From the NCBI RefSeq assembly GCF_963921235.1, contig NC_086097.1:153514001-153578000 (forward strand): a DNA stretch of 64,000 bases, read 5' to 3'. Below the pieces are notes generated by a model. The model saw nothing but the letters and a program-made list of their open reading frames with translations. It was not told the origin of the DNA and did not search any database. Position 1 is the stretch's first letter. Every line of letters begins with the position of its first letter. Below, piece by piece: positions 37,479 through 51,957 of the stretch. The DNA is from Mobula hypostoma (taxonomy: Eukaryota). The position numbers and the translations under genes were made by a program.

Positions 37479-39103
37479 TAGTTCCTATAAAAAGTATTCA
37501 CTTGCCATGGAAGTTTTCATATTTTATTGTCTATAATAATGAATCAAAGTCGATTTAATTTGGCTTTTTTGACACTGATCGATAGAAAACACTCTTTTGT
37601 GTCAAAGTGAAAACAAATTTCTACAAATTGGTCTAAATTTATTACAGTTATTAAACACAAAAAATTGTTTGCATAATTATTCATCCTTTTCAAATCAGTA
37701 TTTAGTAGACGCACCTTTGGCAGCAGTTACAGCCTTGAGTCTGTGTGGATAGGTCTCTATCAGCATTGCATATCTGGACGCTACAAATTTTCCCCATTCT
37801 TCTTACAAAACTGCTCAAGCTTTGACAGATTGCATGGGGATCATGAGTGAACAGCTCTTTTCAAGTCCAGCCACAAATTCTCAATTGGATTGAGGTCTGG
37901 ACTCTGACATGTCCACTCCAGGACATTAATTTTGTTGTTTTTAAGCCATTCCTGTGTAGCATTGGCTTTTTGCTTGGGGTCATTGTCTTGCTGGAAAACA
38001 GGTCTTCTCCCAAGTTGCAGTTCTTTTGCAGACTGCTTCAGGTTTTCCCACAGGATTTTTCTGTACTTTGCTGCATTCATTTTAACCTCTACCTTCACAA
38101 CCCTTCCAGGGCCTGCTGCAGTGAAGCAGCCCCACAGCATGATGCAGCCACCACCATGCTTCATATTCAGGACGGTGTGTTTTTGATGATGTGCAGTTTT
38201 TGGCTTACACCAAATATAGTGTTTAGTCTGTTGGTCAAAAAGCTCAATTTTGGTTTCAACAGACCATAGAATCTTCCTCCAGCTGACTTCAGAGTCTCCC
38301 ACATGCCTTCTGGCAAACTCTGTTCAAGATTTCATATGAGTTTTTTTTTAACAGTGGTGTTTGCTTTGCCAGTCTCCCATAAAACTGCAACTGGCAAGAA
38401 CCCTTGCAACAGTTGTTGCATGTGCGGTCTCTCCTATCTCAGCCACTGAAGCTTGTGACTCCTCCAGAACTGTTATAGGTCTCTTGGTGGCCTCTTTCAC
38501 TAGTCCCCTTTTTGCACGGTCTCTCAGTTTTTGAGGACGGCCTGCTCTAATCAGATTTACAGCTGTGCCATATTCTTTACATTTCCTGATGATTAACTTA
38601 ACTGTGCTCCAAGTAATATTCAGTGACTTTTTCTTGTATCTTTCTCCTGACTTGTGCTTCTCAATAACCTTTTCGTGAGTTGCTTGGAGTGTTTTTTTTC
38701 ATGGTGTATTTTTTTTGTTGGGATACTGTCTCACTAGAAGTTGGACCTTCCAGATACAGGTGTATTATTACTACAATCAATTGAAAGACCTTGACTGTAC
38801 ACAGGTAATCTGCATTTAACTAATTATGTGACTTCTAAAACCAATTGGCTACACCAGAGATGATTTGGTGTGTCATATTAAAAGGGGTGAATTACTTGTG
38901 CAATCAATTATTTTGTGTTTTATATTTGTAATTGATTTAGATCACTTTATAGAGATCTGTTTTCACTTTGATGCGGAAGAGTCTTTTTCTGTTGATCAAT
39001 GTCAAAAAAGCCAAACTAAATCCACTGAGATTCAATGTTGTAAACCTAAAACATGAAAATTCCCGGTGAGGGGGGTGGTTGTGAATAATTTTTATCAACA
39101 CTG
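37479..39103 (-). mobile_element. Full-length Tc1 transposon, decayed DD34E transposase
   Basis: TA-flanked TIRs; ORF 37841-38302 WRKILWSVETKIELF..KHGGGCIMLWGCF..FQQDNDPK..QSPDLNPIENLW. Confidence 0.93.
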
Positions 39104-40109
39104 TAAATAAATGCTTTAATTTATTACCAAGTGCTGGTAATTTGGATTGGCGTAGCTTGGAACCTGGTGGTTTGCATGGACATGGTGGGCTGAAGGGCCT
39201 GATTTTATTCCAAAGGATCCTTTGATTCTATAAATGCATAGTAAAATTATTATTAAAAATCAGCAAGGGCATGTCTGAAATTAACTTTTTATTGAAATGA
39301 GCAGGGCACACTGGTTACAGCAGTTGGGACTTGCTTAAGTCAGAGTGGCTGGATAGAGTGTGCTTCTAACCCTCAAGGTCAAAAATGTAAGGAAAACCTA
39401 TAGACGTAGTAGTGAGAGATAGGGTTTATCCATATCTGACATCTAGTAAAGTCTATTCTTCCATTCTGTAATGTGCAAACAGGTAAATCTGGAATACACT
39501 AATGTACACACTACCATGGTTCTGCATGAAATGAATGGATGGCTATCAGCATGATCCACCTTCTTAGCTCTATTTCTCTGTCTACAGAGGATGCCTGACC
39601 TATGGATCATTTTAAACACTGTCAGAAATTTGTTTCAGATTTCCAGCATCTAAAACATTTTGCTTTTGGATTGTTGTATTATTCCATTTGGGGCCACATT
39701 CTTCCTATGGTGCGGTGACCAAAACACAGTGCGCCAGATATGACTCAGCCAGTATTGGATACAGTTTCAGCATAGCCATCCTCTTATATTTCAGAGTTCA
39801 GCTATCCCAAATGGTTCTGTAGTTTTCAGTGGTCTGCGAGTATACAGACTGCACCAGGCAGACTGCTCACACAGCAGTATGATAATGACAATGAATCTGT
39901 TTTAATTAAATCGATTAGAAACTTTTCCAAGGTCACTGGGAGAATACCTATGTCAATGCTCCAAATCGTGCATTGGAATCTTTTAGATTCTGAAATGTCT
40001 CAGATAATTCCAGCTATACGGTATTGATCAGCAACTCCTCTGGCATGGAAGCTGGCCCTTCAGCCCACTATCACTTTGCTGACCATTGAATGTTGATCTC
40101 TATTAATCC

Positions 40110-40300
40110 TGTACATTTTACAACAGTAAGTTAACCTGTACAACACTGTGATGAGACAAGCACTTAGAGGAAGCCCACACATTCACAGGGAGGACATGCA
40201 AACTCTCCATAGAGGCAAGGCTGGGGATTAGAATCAAACTCAGCTCCCTGACTCTTTGTGGCAGAAGCTCTATAAGCTGTGGCATGGCACTGCTGTGTTG
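40110..40300 (-). mobile_element. V-SINE/HE1-like SINE fragment
   Basis: Minus strand ggagagtttgcatgtcctccctgtgaatgtgtgggcttcctc resembles the conserved V-SINE central motif. Confidence 0.6.
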
Positions 40301-40763
40301 CCTTAGTGTAGTACCTAAGATCTTTCTCAGGAACGTTGCAAGCTAACTTTGCCACCAAGCCACAAGAATGTACTGCAATGGAGAACTAGTAACTTTGGTA
40401 AAGAGGTAACATTTGAGAAGTGGCATAAAGGGGGAAATAGAGGTATATACTGGGAAATGTCAATGTTTCGAACCTTGGCAGATGAAGACAAGGTTTCCTG
40501 TGAGGGAATAATTACATTTGGGAACAAACAAGAAAAAAGGTTTGGACATATGGGGATGTCCAGGGCTGATATTCATACCTGAAAGAACTGATGAAGACTC
40601 CATTTTATTTCTCATTGAAAGATCTCAGTTCAAAAGTTTGTGATCTAAACTGCATAAATGGTTCCTGCAGAGGAAAAGGAAGTTCTGTAGCACTGCTTAA
40701 GGAAGCTGCATCATTCAGAAAAATCTTTCATTTCTCCCTTTGATCCTGTCTTTATATATCCTT

Positions 40764-43700
40764 TGACACAGTTTTTGGTGATGGCCTAAGTGCAGATAGA
40801 CACAGCAGCAGAATGAACAGTTCAGTGAGTTTTAATAAGAACTCTGCAGGACCAAAGGAAAAATAATAAGTGCTAAGCCAACAGGGCCACTAGCTAAAAC
40901 TCTCAAACTAAAATCCCACAGCGTCACTGTGGCTCAGAACTTGAAACAAAACTAATATCACTCTTTTACAGCGTCAATCAGAATTGTAGTCTTGTTTCCA
41001 CAACGTGGACGAAGGAGGCAGGGAGCACTGCCATTGCTATTCAGTCAATACTCGACAAGACTGAAACAAAAGGAAGGGATTTAAATACAACCTCAATGAC
41101 CCACTAACTGGCTGCAATGAGCATTATTGCTGACCCCATTCAACTGTTTGCCTGTGAAGGCACCCAGACAGAGTCCATGGTTGTGACAGTCCACCCCTCC
41201 CTAGGCACAGCTCCCAACGCACTCTACCCACTGGAAGTCCTGGATGAGAGACATATCCATGATGTCATGAGCCAGAACCCAAGAATGTTCCTCAGGACCA
41301 GACCTCTCCAAGTACACAAGATACTGGACCCTGCCCCGCTCCTGGCAAGATGCCAGGAGGTGCTGCTCAGATTAGACCAGGACCCCATCCAGCAAGCAGG
41401 GAGGAAGTGGAGAGGATGACTGGAGCGAAACAGGGGTTGGGGGTGGGGGGTTGGGGGAGTAGCTGAGAAACATGGAATTGGATGAATCTTCATCAATGAT
41501 GGTGGGTGCAGTCTATGTGAGAGTGTGTGGATACTTTTCTTTACTACTAATGGTCCCACATAGCATCGGGCTAACTTGTGCTGGCCAGACTTTCTCCCCT
41601 GGCTTGAATGGCCTTATCTGTTGGTGGAGCTGATCAGACTGCTGGATATACTATTTCTGAGTGTGCAGCAGAGAAGCCCTGGCCTGTCATTACATGAACT
41701 TGTAGCGTTGGATCCACTGTTCAGCAGCAGGTACTCCCATGTAAATTTCTTGCTCAGGGAAGGCTGGAATCCCTTCTGGCATTCAAAGGGGGACATGCCA
41801 GTGGAGGGTGACTATAGGTTATTTTAGCTAATCTCTACCCAAACGAGTTGGGAGCTCCAGGTCATGGGGTTGGAAGACACAAAGCAGCACAGGGTTGTCC
41901 TCAGCTCCTGATTCACTCTCTCAGACTGGCTGTTAGATCGAGCATAGAAACCTCCGATAAGAGAACAGGGATCTTTCCAAAGATGGGACATGTACTGTGG
42001 TCCTTGATTGGACACCATGTCCTGAAGGAAGCTATGCAGCCTGAACACGTGCTGACCCATGAGGGTGACAGTCTCATGAGCTGATGGGAGCTTGGGCAGA
42101 GTAATAAAATGGGAAGGTTTGTAGCTTTGGAGAACTGATCCACCAACACCAGAATAGTAGTGTTTCCATCTGACAGAGGCTGTGATGAAAGCAACCAAGA
42201 CATGGGACCTGGGGCAGTAAGCCACAGGTAGCAGGCAAAGCAGAGTGACATCTTGTTCTGTGCACAAATGGGACAGGCTGAGACAAAGTCATGGACCATC
42301 CTGGGAGACAGAAGGCCACTAAAATCATCTTTTCATGAATTCTAAGTCCATTGACTCTGGACTGGAGTAGTCAAACTGGCAGGAGGAAACATTGGCCTTG
42401 GTATTCTTTCTGCCAAAATGACAAGGTGATGGTGAAGTAAAACCAGACAACAAGCGTTAAGTCTCATGACATCCTGAATGTAGAAGTTCTTGTGATCTTC
42501 CCATACCAGAGGGAGATGCTCTGCTCCTTCCAGCCAATGTCACCATGCTTCCAGGGCCTTCTTGACAGCCAGGCATTCTCAGTTCTTGATGTTGTAGTTA
42601 CAATCAGCAGGAGTCAAGTGAGGGGTAAGAAAAGCACAGGGGTGCAGCCAATTATCTATGGAGGAGTGATGAGAGACTACAGCCTCAACGTTGACATTTG
42701 ATGCATCCACCTCAACAATGAATGGATCGGATAGGTCTGGATGTTGCAGCACTGGGGCAGTGGTGAAGCATCACTTTAGGTCTGAGAATGCTTGTTCTGC
42801 TTCACTTGTCCACAGGAATCCTACAGAGGTCTTCTTGATGAGTGCTTTTATGGGGGCCACGATGGAACTAAGGTTTCTGATGAAGCGGCAATAAAGTTTG
42901 CAATCACCCATGAAGCACCTCACCTGCTTGACCATAGATGGTTCCAGCCACTCTGTGACTACCTGAACTTCTCACGGGTCCATTTGAACACTGGAAGGTT
43001 GAGGGTACAGCCCAAGAATGACACCTGCTCTTCATCAAACTCACATTTTTCAGTCTTGGCATAAAGGTTGTTCTCAAGCAGTTGTCTGAAAACTCTCCAG
43101 ACATGCTGGAGGTTTTCCTGGCAAGAGCAGGAGTACATAAGAATACTGTCCAAATACACAAAAATAAACTGATCTGACATGTTCTGGAATACTTTGTTGA
43201 CCAAGAACTGAAAAACATCAGGGGCATTTGCCAAACCAAACGGCAACATGAGGTACTCACAATAACCAGTGGAGGTGTTGAATGGTGTCTTCCACTCATC
43301 CCCTTCATGGATACGAACCAAGTTTTAGGGATTGTGTAGGTCTATCTGGGAGAATATGTCTGCTCTTTGGAGATGTTCAGATAAAGAGCTAAGCAGAGGA
43401 TGAGCGTCGTGGTTCTTCACTACGATGTTGTTCAAGGGTCGATAATCAATGCAAGGGCAGAGCTTGCTATCCTCTTTGCTCACAAAAGAAGAAGCCTGCC
43501 CCTAAAATGGCGTGGTTTATGGATTGATAAACCCTGTCCAATGTCTCCTTGATGTACACTTCCATGGCCACCATTTCAGGATGAGAGAGGGAAAAGAGCC
43601 TGCCCCGGGAGGAATAGTATCGGGTAAGACCTCAATGACAGTTGTTTGTCCAGTGTGGAAGCGGAGTGGCAGACTTCTTCTTACTGAAGAGCTCAAGAAG

Positions 43701-45522
43701 GTCTTGGAGTGCCTTTGGGGCCATTCAGTCTGTGGGTTGTATTGAGATAACCAGGGAAGGCCGAACACCAGCAACATTTCAGGCGAACCAACAAGATAGA
43801 AGGAGAGCTGCTCCCTATGGTTGCCCTCTAGCACAAGTTGGAGGGGTTCTGTAGAGAACTGGATCTTGCCAGTGCCCAGAGGACAATCATCATATTCTTG
43901 ACATGAATATTCTCTCTCAATTGTTGAGTCTTATCTCCCTATTTTTGAGCAAGAGAGAAATCCATGAGATTCCCAGCCATCCCAGAGTAGATAAATGCCT
44001 GAAGCTCATGGGTCTGAAACCCCCACCACAATGAGGAAGCTGGGAGAATTATTCGATTGGGAGAAGATGCTTGCAGGGAGAATCGATCTGTCAGACTTCT
44101 TGTAATACACTGTAAGGTTTCACTGCTAATGTAATGGCCTCTCTATAATGTTTCATTGCTAAGGTAATGGTTTCTCTGTAGCAGCACTGTTTGGGTTATG
44201 ACTAGAGATAATGGGGGCTTTGGAATGTATGCTAGCCAATGAGTGGGATGTTGTTCTTTGTTGCGGGTCTGGGACCAGGGATTTTGCGGTCTCTTGCCAG
44301 GGAGAGATGAGGAGAGAAGACGTGAATGGAGAGAGTTGGTAGACCGCCAGTTGAAGTGGGCTTGGAGCGAGGGTCCGAGGGTTGGCTACGTCTGACTTAT
44401 CAGAAATCTATCAACTTCCATCTTAAGTATACCCACGAACTTGTTCTCATAGAACATTGAACAACCTGAGTGGGGAACCATCTAAGAGATTCATGTAAGC
44501 CAGTTTATGTGCATCATCACTGAACCAATCTGACTGAGCTTGGGAAATCAGCACACATTGGGAAATAAAGTTCTTTCAGCTGTCAGGATCATCAGAGTAT
44601 CTACATGGTGGAGGAATATATGTCTCTAACCCAGAAACTGCTCAGGGTGCTGGACAACTTGTGGCTGAAGCCGAAGAGACTGTTACAGAAGAAGATGTGG
44701 GAGATGCTGAGAGTGGGACTGTCCTGGCGGAAGGCTACTGCTGCTGAATTGCACCAGACAGAGCAGCAATGGCTGTCCCCTGATTCTGACTGTCAGTGGT
44801 GAGTTGCTGAACCATCGCTGACACGTTCTTCTGCTTTGGACTTGACTTGCCACTCTGAAAGCACTTATTGCACCGTGCGAGCCATTTCTGCCAACCCAGA
44901 CTCCAATGAATTCAACTTCATCTGCCCAAAGAACTTGCGTTTGACTGGGCTTGCCTCACTGACACTCCTGCTAACCCAGCCTCTACTGATTGTAGCTTCT
45001 CACCTACCTGCCCAACAAAATTCAGAGCTGAGATCAGTTTATCTCTTTCTGTTGGGTCTATGTTAGTGGTCAAGTCTTGCTGACGTGGTGTTCGGTGATG
45101 GCCCAAACACACAGGAAGAGACAGGGCAGAATGAGCGACTCCCTGAGTTTTAATAAAAGCTGTACAGAACCAAAAGAAAAATAATAAACGCTAGGCCAAC
45201 AGGACCACTAGCTAAAACTCTTAAACTGAAATCTCATGCTGTCACCATGGCTCAGAAGCAGTGACTTAAAACTAAAGTAACACCACCCCTTTGCAGCATC
45301 AATCAAAATTGTAATCTTCTTCCCCAGAAAGTGGCAGGGAGCATTGTTGTCGCTATGCTTCGACCAAGACTGAAATGAAAGGAAGGGAGTTGAATACAAT
45401 TGCATGAAACACTAATTGGCTGGTCTTTCCATCAATTCATTCACAAACATGAATGCCAACCCCATTCAGACATCCAGCTACGAGGACACCCAGACTCCGC
45501 AGCAGTGTCTATGGTTATGACA
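40764..45522 (-). mobile_element. Full-length chromoviral Ty3/Gypsy (sushi-like) element, decayed
   Basis: LTRs 40764-41188 and 45081-45522 (TG..CA); TSD cctt/tctt; PPT gggaggggtggac; [62 protein letters not shown]; chromodomain relic ~41220-41340. Confidence 0.93.
44101..44400 (+). repeat. Unrelated LTR-like fragment inserted in the Gypsy element
   Basis: Abrupt TGTAAT start with short internal repeats (gtttcactgctaatgtaatgg / gtttcattgctaaggtaatgg) interrupting gag-pro. Confidence 0.45.
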
Positions 45523-45821
45523 TCTTCTGCTCCTTTCATTGCAACAGTCAGTTATGTCTTCAGCTATTTCTGCCAAACGCTCCAGAATTCTCCCCCATCT
45601 CCTTTATCTCTCAGTTAGTCACCCTTGTGAATAGCTCATGTGTCTCTCCGTCAATTTTTGTTTCATCATGCATCTGTGAAGGGGCTTAAGGAATTTGGTT
45701 AAATCAACGATGCTACATAAATTACTGCCGTTGGTGAACAAAATCGGTCATGACAAATGTGGACTAGGACAAGCAGAGAGCATTGCTGGTGCTGTGCTTT
45801 GGTCAAGACAATGCCACACCT

Positions 45822-46808
45822 ACGACCATGTGGCTAAGTGCAGCTCCAACACCACATTCAAGTTTGCTGATGACACCACTCTTGTGGCCTGTATCAAAGG
45901 TAGTGATGAATCAGCATACAGGAGGAAGTCTGAAAATCTGGCTGAGTGGTGTAGTAACAATAATCTCTCATTCAATGTCAACAAGACCAAGGAACTGATT
46001 GTAGACTTCAGGAGAGGGAAACCAGAAGTCCATGAACCAATACTGACTGGAAGATCAGAGGTGGAGAGGGTCAGTAACTAAATTTCTGTGTGTCACTCTC
46101 TCAAAGGACCTGTCCCAGACCCATCATATAAAAATAATTGCAAAGAAAGCACAACAGTGCCTCTACTTCCCTCGGAGTCTGCGAAAATTTGGTATGTCAT
46201 CAAAAATCTTGACAATGATGTGTAGTGGAAAATGTGTTGACTGGGTGCATTATGGCCTGATATGAAAACACCAATGCCTTTGGGTGGAAAATCCTGCAAA
46301 CATTAATGGACTCAGCCCAGTACATCATGGGTAAAATCCTCTCAACTACTTGAAACTTTGTTGTAGGAAAGCACTACCATCATCAAAGATCCTCACCATC
46401 CAGGCCATGCTCTTTTCTTGCTGCTGCCATCAGGTAGAAGGTACAAGAGCCTCAGGACTCACACCACCAGGTTTAAGAACAGTTACTACCCCTCAACTGT
46501 CAAGCTCTTGAATGAAAGAGGATAACTACACTCATCTATTGAGATCTTCCTTTGACTAATGATCTCACTTTAAGGGTTCTTTACTTTGTTATTTCATATT
46601 TTTTTTACTTATTGCTATTTATTTATATTTTCATTTGCACATTTTGTTGTCTTCTGTGCTCTTTATCTTTCATTGATTTAATCTACAGCTACCCTTCTAT
46701 GGATTTGCTGAGCATGCCCACAGGGAAAAGAATCTTGGGGCTGTATGTCGTGATATGTATTTACTGTCATTATAAATTTTACTTTGAACTTTGAACTTTG
46801 AACTTTGA
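45822..46808 (+). mobile_element. Rex1/Babar LINE 3' fragment
   Basis: FKFADDTTLV..AYRR..WCSNNNLSFNVNKTKELIVDFRR; LLPSGRRY; (AACTTTG)n tail. Confidence 0.88.
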
Positions 46809-46819
46809 AATGATTCCAG

Positions 46820-47515
46820 TCACATCTTCCCCTCCAAATTCTTCAGCTTTCCACAGGGACCACTCTCTCCAAAACTCCCTAGTTCACTTATTTCTCCCTC
46901 ACTATCCCTCATCTTATCTTGCACTTTCCTCTGCAACCATGGAAACACATCCTCCAACTTTTTTATTGCATTTGGTGAAACAGAGCGCAAATTAGGTGAT
47001 TGCTTTGCCAAGCACATGTGCATTGTCCACTATGGTCATCTGGAGCTCCCAGCTGCAAGCCATTTTAATTCGTCACCCCTTTCCCACTCCATAGTGTGTC
47101 CTCTGTCTTCTCCACTTCCAGCACTGAGGCCAAAAGCAAGCTAAAGGAAAAGCACCTCAACAGTAGTCCACAACCTAATGGCATGAAGATTGAATTCACT
47201 AATTTCAGGTATCTCACACACACCCTCTGTCCTTTCCTTCCTTCTTCTGATCTGCTAGGCCCTCTTGTACATACCAGTCTTTCTAAACTACTACAGCCCT
47301 GCTCCCTATCTCCCAGTTTCCTTCTCCTCACCCAAATACTCCATCTCTCCATCACCTGCATATTCCTCTCACAGAGTTCCCTTCCTCTACTGCTTTTATT
47401 TGCCCATTATACCTCACTTATTTGGCTTCCCTTCACCTTCCTACATACAAATGATGCTTGACCTACTGAGTTACTCTCCCTGATTGTGTTTTGCTCCAGT
47501 TCCAGCATCTGTATT
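46820..47515 (+). mobile_element. Older PLE 3' fragment
   Basis: SAFHRDHSLQNSLVH; KLKEKHL..QPNGMKIEFTNFR; tccagcatctg tail. Confidence 0.75.
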
Positions 47516-49404
47516 CTCGAGTCCGCATTCTGGAAACAAATGTCTTACCAGCGATCTAGGGGAAGATTTTAATAGATTTTGTCCAAAGGATCATTGCATT
47601 TTCTTATGTTTGTGATCCTACATAAATGCAATTTAATCTTGATGCTCAGTCAATATAAAAATTTCGACGTGCAAATGATAATTGGCATCCATTTGAGCAT
47701 CTCAGTAAACTACTCAAATAGAAATCTTTTGATAAGGAGCTTACTGTACAATCTTTTAGCTTCAAAGACCACTGTATTTGTAATTTGAAAGAAAAAATTA
47801 TAAATGGATGTTTAATAATGAGTTGAAATTGAAGAGCTAATTTATCTCTGTCAGCAAGCATAAATAATAATCAAGGAGATATGGTCAACTTTAAATGTCA
47901 GAAATGTTTACCCTTTTCATACACATAACTCTTTGATTTATATTGGTCTGGTGTAACATTTTGATTAAGCAGACAGTTGATTAATCTTCTGCCTGAGGCC
48001 TCCTGTTAATGTCAACGAAACAAAGCAAAATGATTTGAATCAATATTTTGACCTGGAATGTATTTACAATATATAATTATAACCATTTAAGTTTACCTGT
48101 TCCCTTTGGATTTAGAATGAAATATGACATTTACCCAGATGACATTATTTTAGGAGGACCAATATAAAATTAAGCTGGAAAAGACGCTTGCAAAGGAATA
48201 TTAACATTTTAATGACCAGGCAAATCTGTAGAAAACAGATCTCAAAAGACGATTCTCATCCATTGTGGAAAACGGGAACATTTTCAAAATGATGAGAAAA
48301 TAAGAAAGTTAAAGTGTAAAATTATTCATTGAACCTCACTTGAGAAGTACATCAAGAACAAAAAGCTAATGGAACATTGGAATTATTTCAAACACCTGTA
48401 ATGTATCGATACTCCAGTTGGATGTAGCCAATTTAGTGCACAGCACTCCTTCCAGGGCCAGATTCCTCTGGGAGAATAAAGCTTCAGAAGCTTGAGCAAA
48501 TAGGATAGAGTTCAACAGTTTGTATCCTCTGAGTGTAGAAAAGAGGTGATATGAAATCGGCAAAGGCTTTTTAATGGGGTAAACAAGGAATGAGTATTTT
48601 TTTCTGATGGACAACTCCAGACCGATTAGTTAAGTTCTTAAATTAGAACTAGACCTTTTAATAGTGAAACAAGAAAGATTGTTTTACATGTGTAATTAAA
48701 ACTAAATTGTATAGGATTCAGGCCCAAACTGCATTTATCCTATTGGGTTGCTGTTCAAAACTCATAACACTTCGGCAGTAGTGCAAAGGAGTTCTCTCTG
48801 GTGCTTTGGGACAATATACTGTACATCTTTTGATTATTATTGCAGATAAGCAGTTTTGTCGATCATTAATCTCATTAATATATTGGGTGCTTTACCGTAT
48901 GTGACCACATTTCTTTCATAATAGCAATTTCATTTCAGAATTCCAGCTACCTGGTCAGTGTAGATGGATACTTGATGGTTAGCATCAGCACAGTAAGCTA
49001 AGGGACCTATTTTCGTAGCTGTGCTTAACTAGTAAATGAACCTTTACATCTGAGACTCCAGAGTTCATTATAGTGAAATATAATATTGAAAACAATTTAA
49101 TAACCATTCAGTAACACACTATGGCTAACTGGTTCTTTCCAAATGGTTCTATCTGTAATCAAACTGCTGGTAGCAGGCCGAAAATGGGAAGGATCAATAA
49201 ACTGTAGCAACATGAGATGAAAGACATGAAATAGATAAATATATCCCAAGTTATTTCTATATTCTATTGGATAAGTCATTCAACTGTATATTTGTAATAT
49301 GAATGGATGAGGCACTGAAGCAATTTTAACCCAGTTCACCTGTTAAGAAACCGACATGATTGAGAATAATATTAGTTTTCACTCTGCATTGAAATCAATT
49401 GAAA

Positions 49405-50030
49405 GAATAGAGCATGGAGCATACAACAATACAGCACAGGGACAGACTCTCAGGCTGCAGTGCCTGTCAACCATGATGCCAATTTGAACTAATCCCACTT
49501 GCCTGCATTTAGTCTATACCCCTCCATTCCCTGCTTGTTCATGTGTCAGTCTAAATGTCTTCAAAACATTGTTATCACAGCTGATTCTACCAACTTCCTT
49601 GGAAGCACATTCCAGGCATTAATAATGTTCTGTGTAAAAAAAGTTATGCCTTTCAAATCTCTTTTAAACTTCCCACCCCAACCCCGCCATCACTTTAAAT
49701 ATATGCTGTTTAGTATTTGCTGTTTCCACACTGTCCATGGCTTTCACTTCCTCCTTCTTAATAACACCATGTCAGAGTATCACGATATTCCTCCTTATCT
49801 TCCATGTCCTCTTCCTTGAGAAAAACTGATGCAAAGTATGTACTTGCTGAATATCTCACTCACTTCCTCTGTCTCAAGACATAAGTACTTTCCCTTGTTC
49901 TTGAAAGGTCCTACCTTAACCCTTACTACCATCTTATTTTTAAGGGATGTATTAAATGCTTTGGGATTGTCCTTAATCCTACTTGAGAATGATATTTAGC
50001 TTCCCTGATCTTTTCATTACATTCTTTCCT
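49405..50030 (-). mobile_element. Degraded CR1 fragments
   Basis: CR1-type 3' UTR (acagcacagg..ctccattccctg..agcacattccagg) and upstream ORF2 remnants. Confidence 0.6.
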
Positions 50031-51957
50031 GTGACAGCACACAAAAAAATGCTGGAGGAACTCGGCAGATCAGGCTAGAACCTGCTGTCTTTCTTGTGTC
50101 TCTAAGTTCTTTTCTGCTTCTTTATATGCATTTCTCTAATGTGCTGTCCAATTTCAGCTTCCTAGACCTTACAGAGAATAATGGCAATTCAAGAATATTA
50201 TTCTCAACTATAAACCAACTGTTGAACACTGGTCCAACATATAATGTTCCCAGTCAAGCCTCTACCTCTAACTCTGAGGAATTCACAATACTTTTTATAA
50301 ATAATATTACTTCCATTAGGGAGAGTATATCTACAGATACTGGTGAACTTTGGAACTTGGCTTCCCTCTATTGCCAACCTTTAAAAACATGGCAATCATG
50401 TCAAAATTTACAAATATTTCTGACTCAGAACTCTATAAGATTGTAACAAGCAATAAATCACCTACTTGTTGTCTCGACTCTGTCCCTACCACACTTATTA
50501 AGGACTCCTTTAATAGTGTTAGGAAAATTATTAACCCATCCCTTGAAACTGGAGTTTTTCCAGATGCTTTCAAAATTGTGGCTGTCAATCCCTTATCTAA
50601 AAAGCCAAGTTTTGCTAGTGAGGTACTAGCTAAACTACAGGTCAATATCAAATCTTCTCTTCCTGGGCAAGGTTCTTGAGAAAGTCATTTTCAACTAAAT
50701 CGACAACTTTCTGAATGAGAACAGTATTCTAGAAAAGCTTCAGTCAGGTCTCAATGCAAACCTCAGCACGGAGACGACCCTCACCAAAACTTTCAGTGAC
50801 CTTAGGCTCAGCACTGATGCCTACAGAGACTCAGTTCTAATTCTTCGAGATCTAAGTACTGCCTTCAAAACAAGTGGCCGTAACATTTTCCTAGATTGTC
50901 TTGAGAACTGGTTTGGCCTCTCTGGAGACGTTAATATGAACATAACTCATTCTATCTTGAAGACCAATTTTCTCAGAGGTATGATGGACTTTTTGGTGTT
51001 AGTTCAAGAAGAAGCTGTCCTGGTCCCCTACTCTACTCCACTTAGGAAACATCATTAGAGAGCATAACCTTGATTTCCACAGTTATGCAGATGACACATA
51101 ATTGTACATCTCGGTTGAGCCCGATGATGATAAAACTTTATCTTCTCTGACTTCTGCTTTGGCTACAATAAACAAATGGATGAGCAATATATTCTTAAAA
51201 CTAAATGAAGGTAAATCTGAAAAAACATTTGGTTGGTCCCAAAGCGAAAAGAGATAAACTTCTTGATGAACTTAGAAACCTAGCTTCCCTTGTAAAATCA
51301 GAAGTAACAAGCCTGGGTGTCATCCTTGATTCAGATTTAAATTTTAAATCACACATAAAGAAAGTGACCAGAACAGCATTTCTGTGATGAAATGGCGGAG
51401 CAGACTCCAAGGGCCAAATGGCTTAATTCTGCTCCTATATCTTATGGAATAATGGTCCTCTACACTTGGGGAATATTACAAAGGTACCTCCATTTCTATC
51501 ACAGAATGATGCTGAAAAACTAATTCATGCTGTTGTAATGTGAACAAAGTCACCGGAGAGACACTGAAGCTAGTGGATACAGAAGTGTTTTATTCAACAA
51601 AATGAGACACTTTGGAGGAAGAGACCAGTTTGACCCAATGCTACATGACACTTTATATGCTGAAGTTTAAATGGAGCAGCAGAACGATTCTACAGTTACA
51701 ATGTATTTACAACATTTCCTTTGAGAAACATATAATTTTCACACTTCCTTCTTCACACCCACACTCCAGACAACAAAGGTGAATGTTAATCAGCATTGTC
51801 TGGTTTTCATTTAGCAGGTGTCCACAGTTGCAGGAAACTATTGTCCAGGGCTGCATTTTAAAATTAGTATATAATCTATGCTCAGTTCTAAAGATTGGTG
51901 GCTGAAGTTAATATTGGCTATATACCCTTACTCCGGAATATTCCCTAATAGTCCCAC

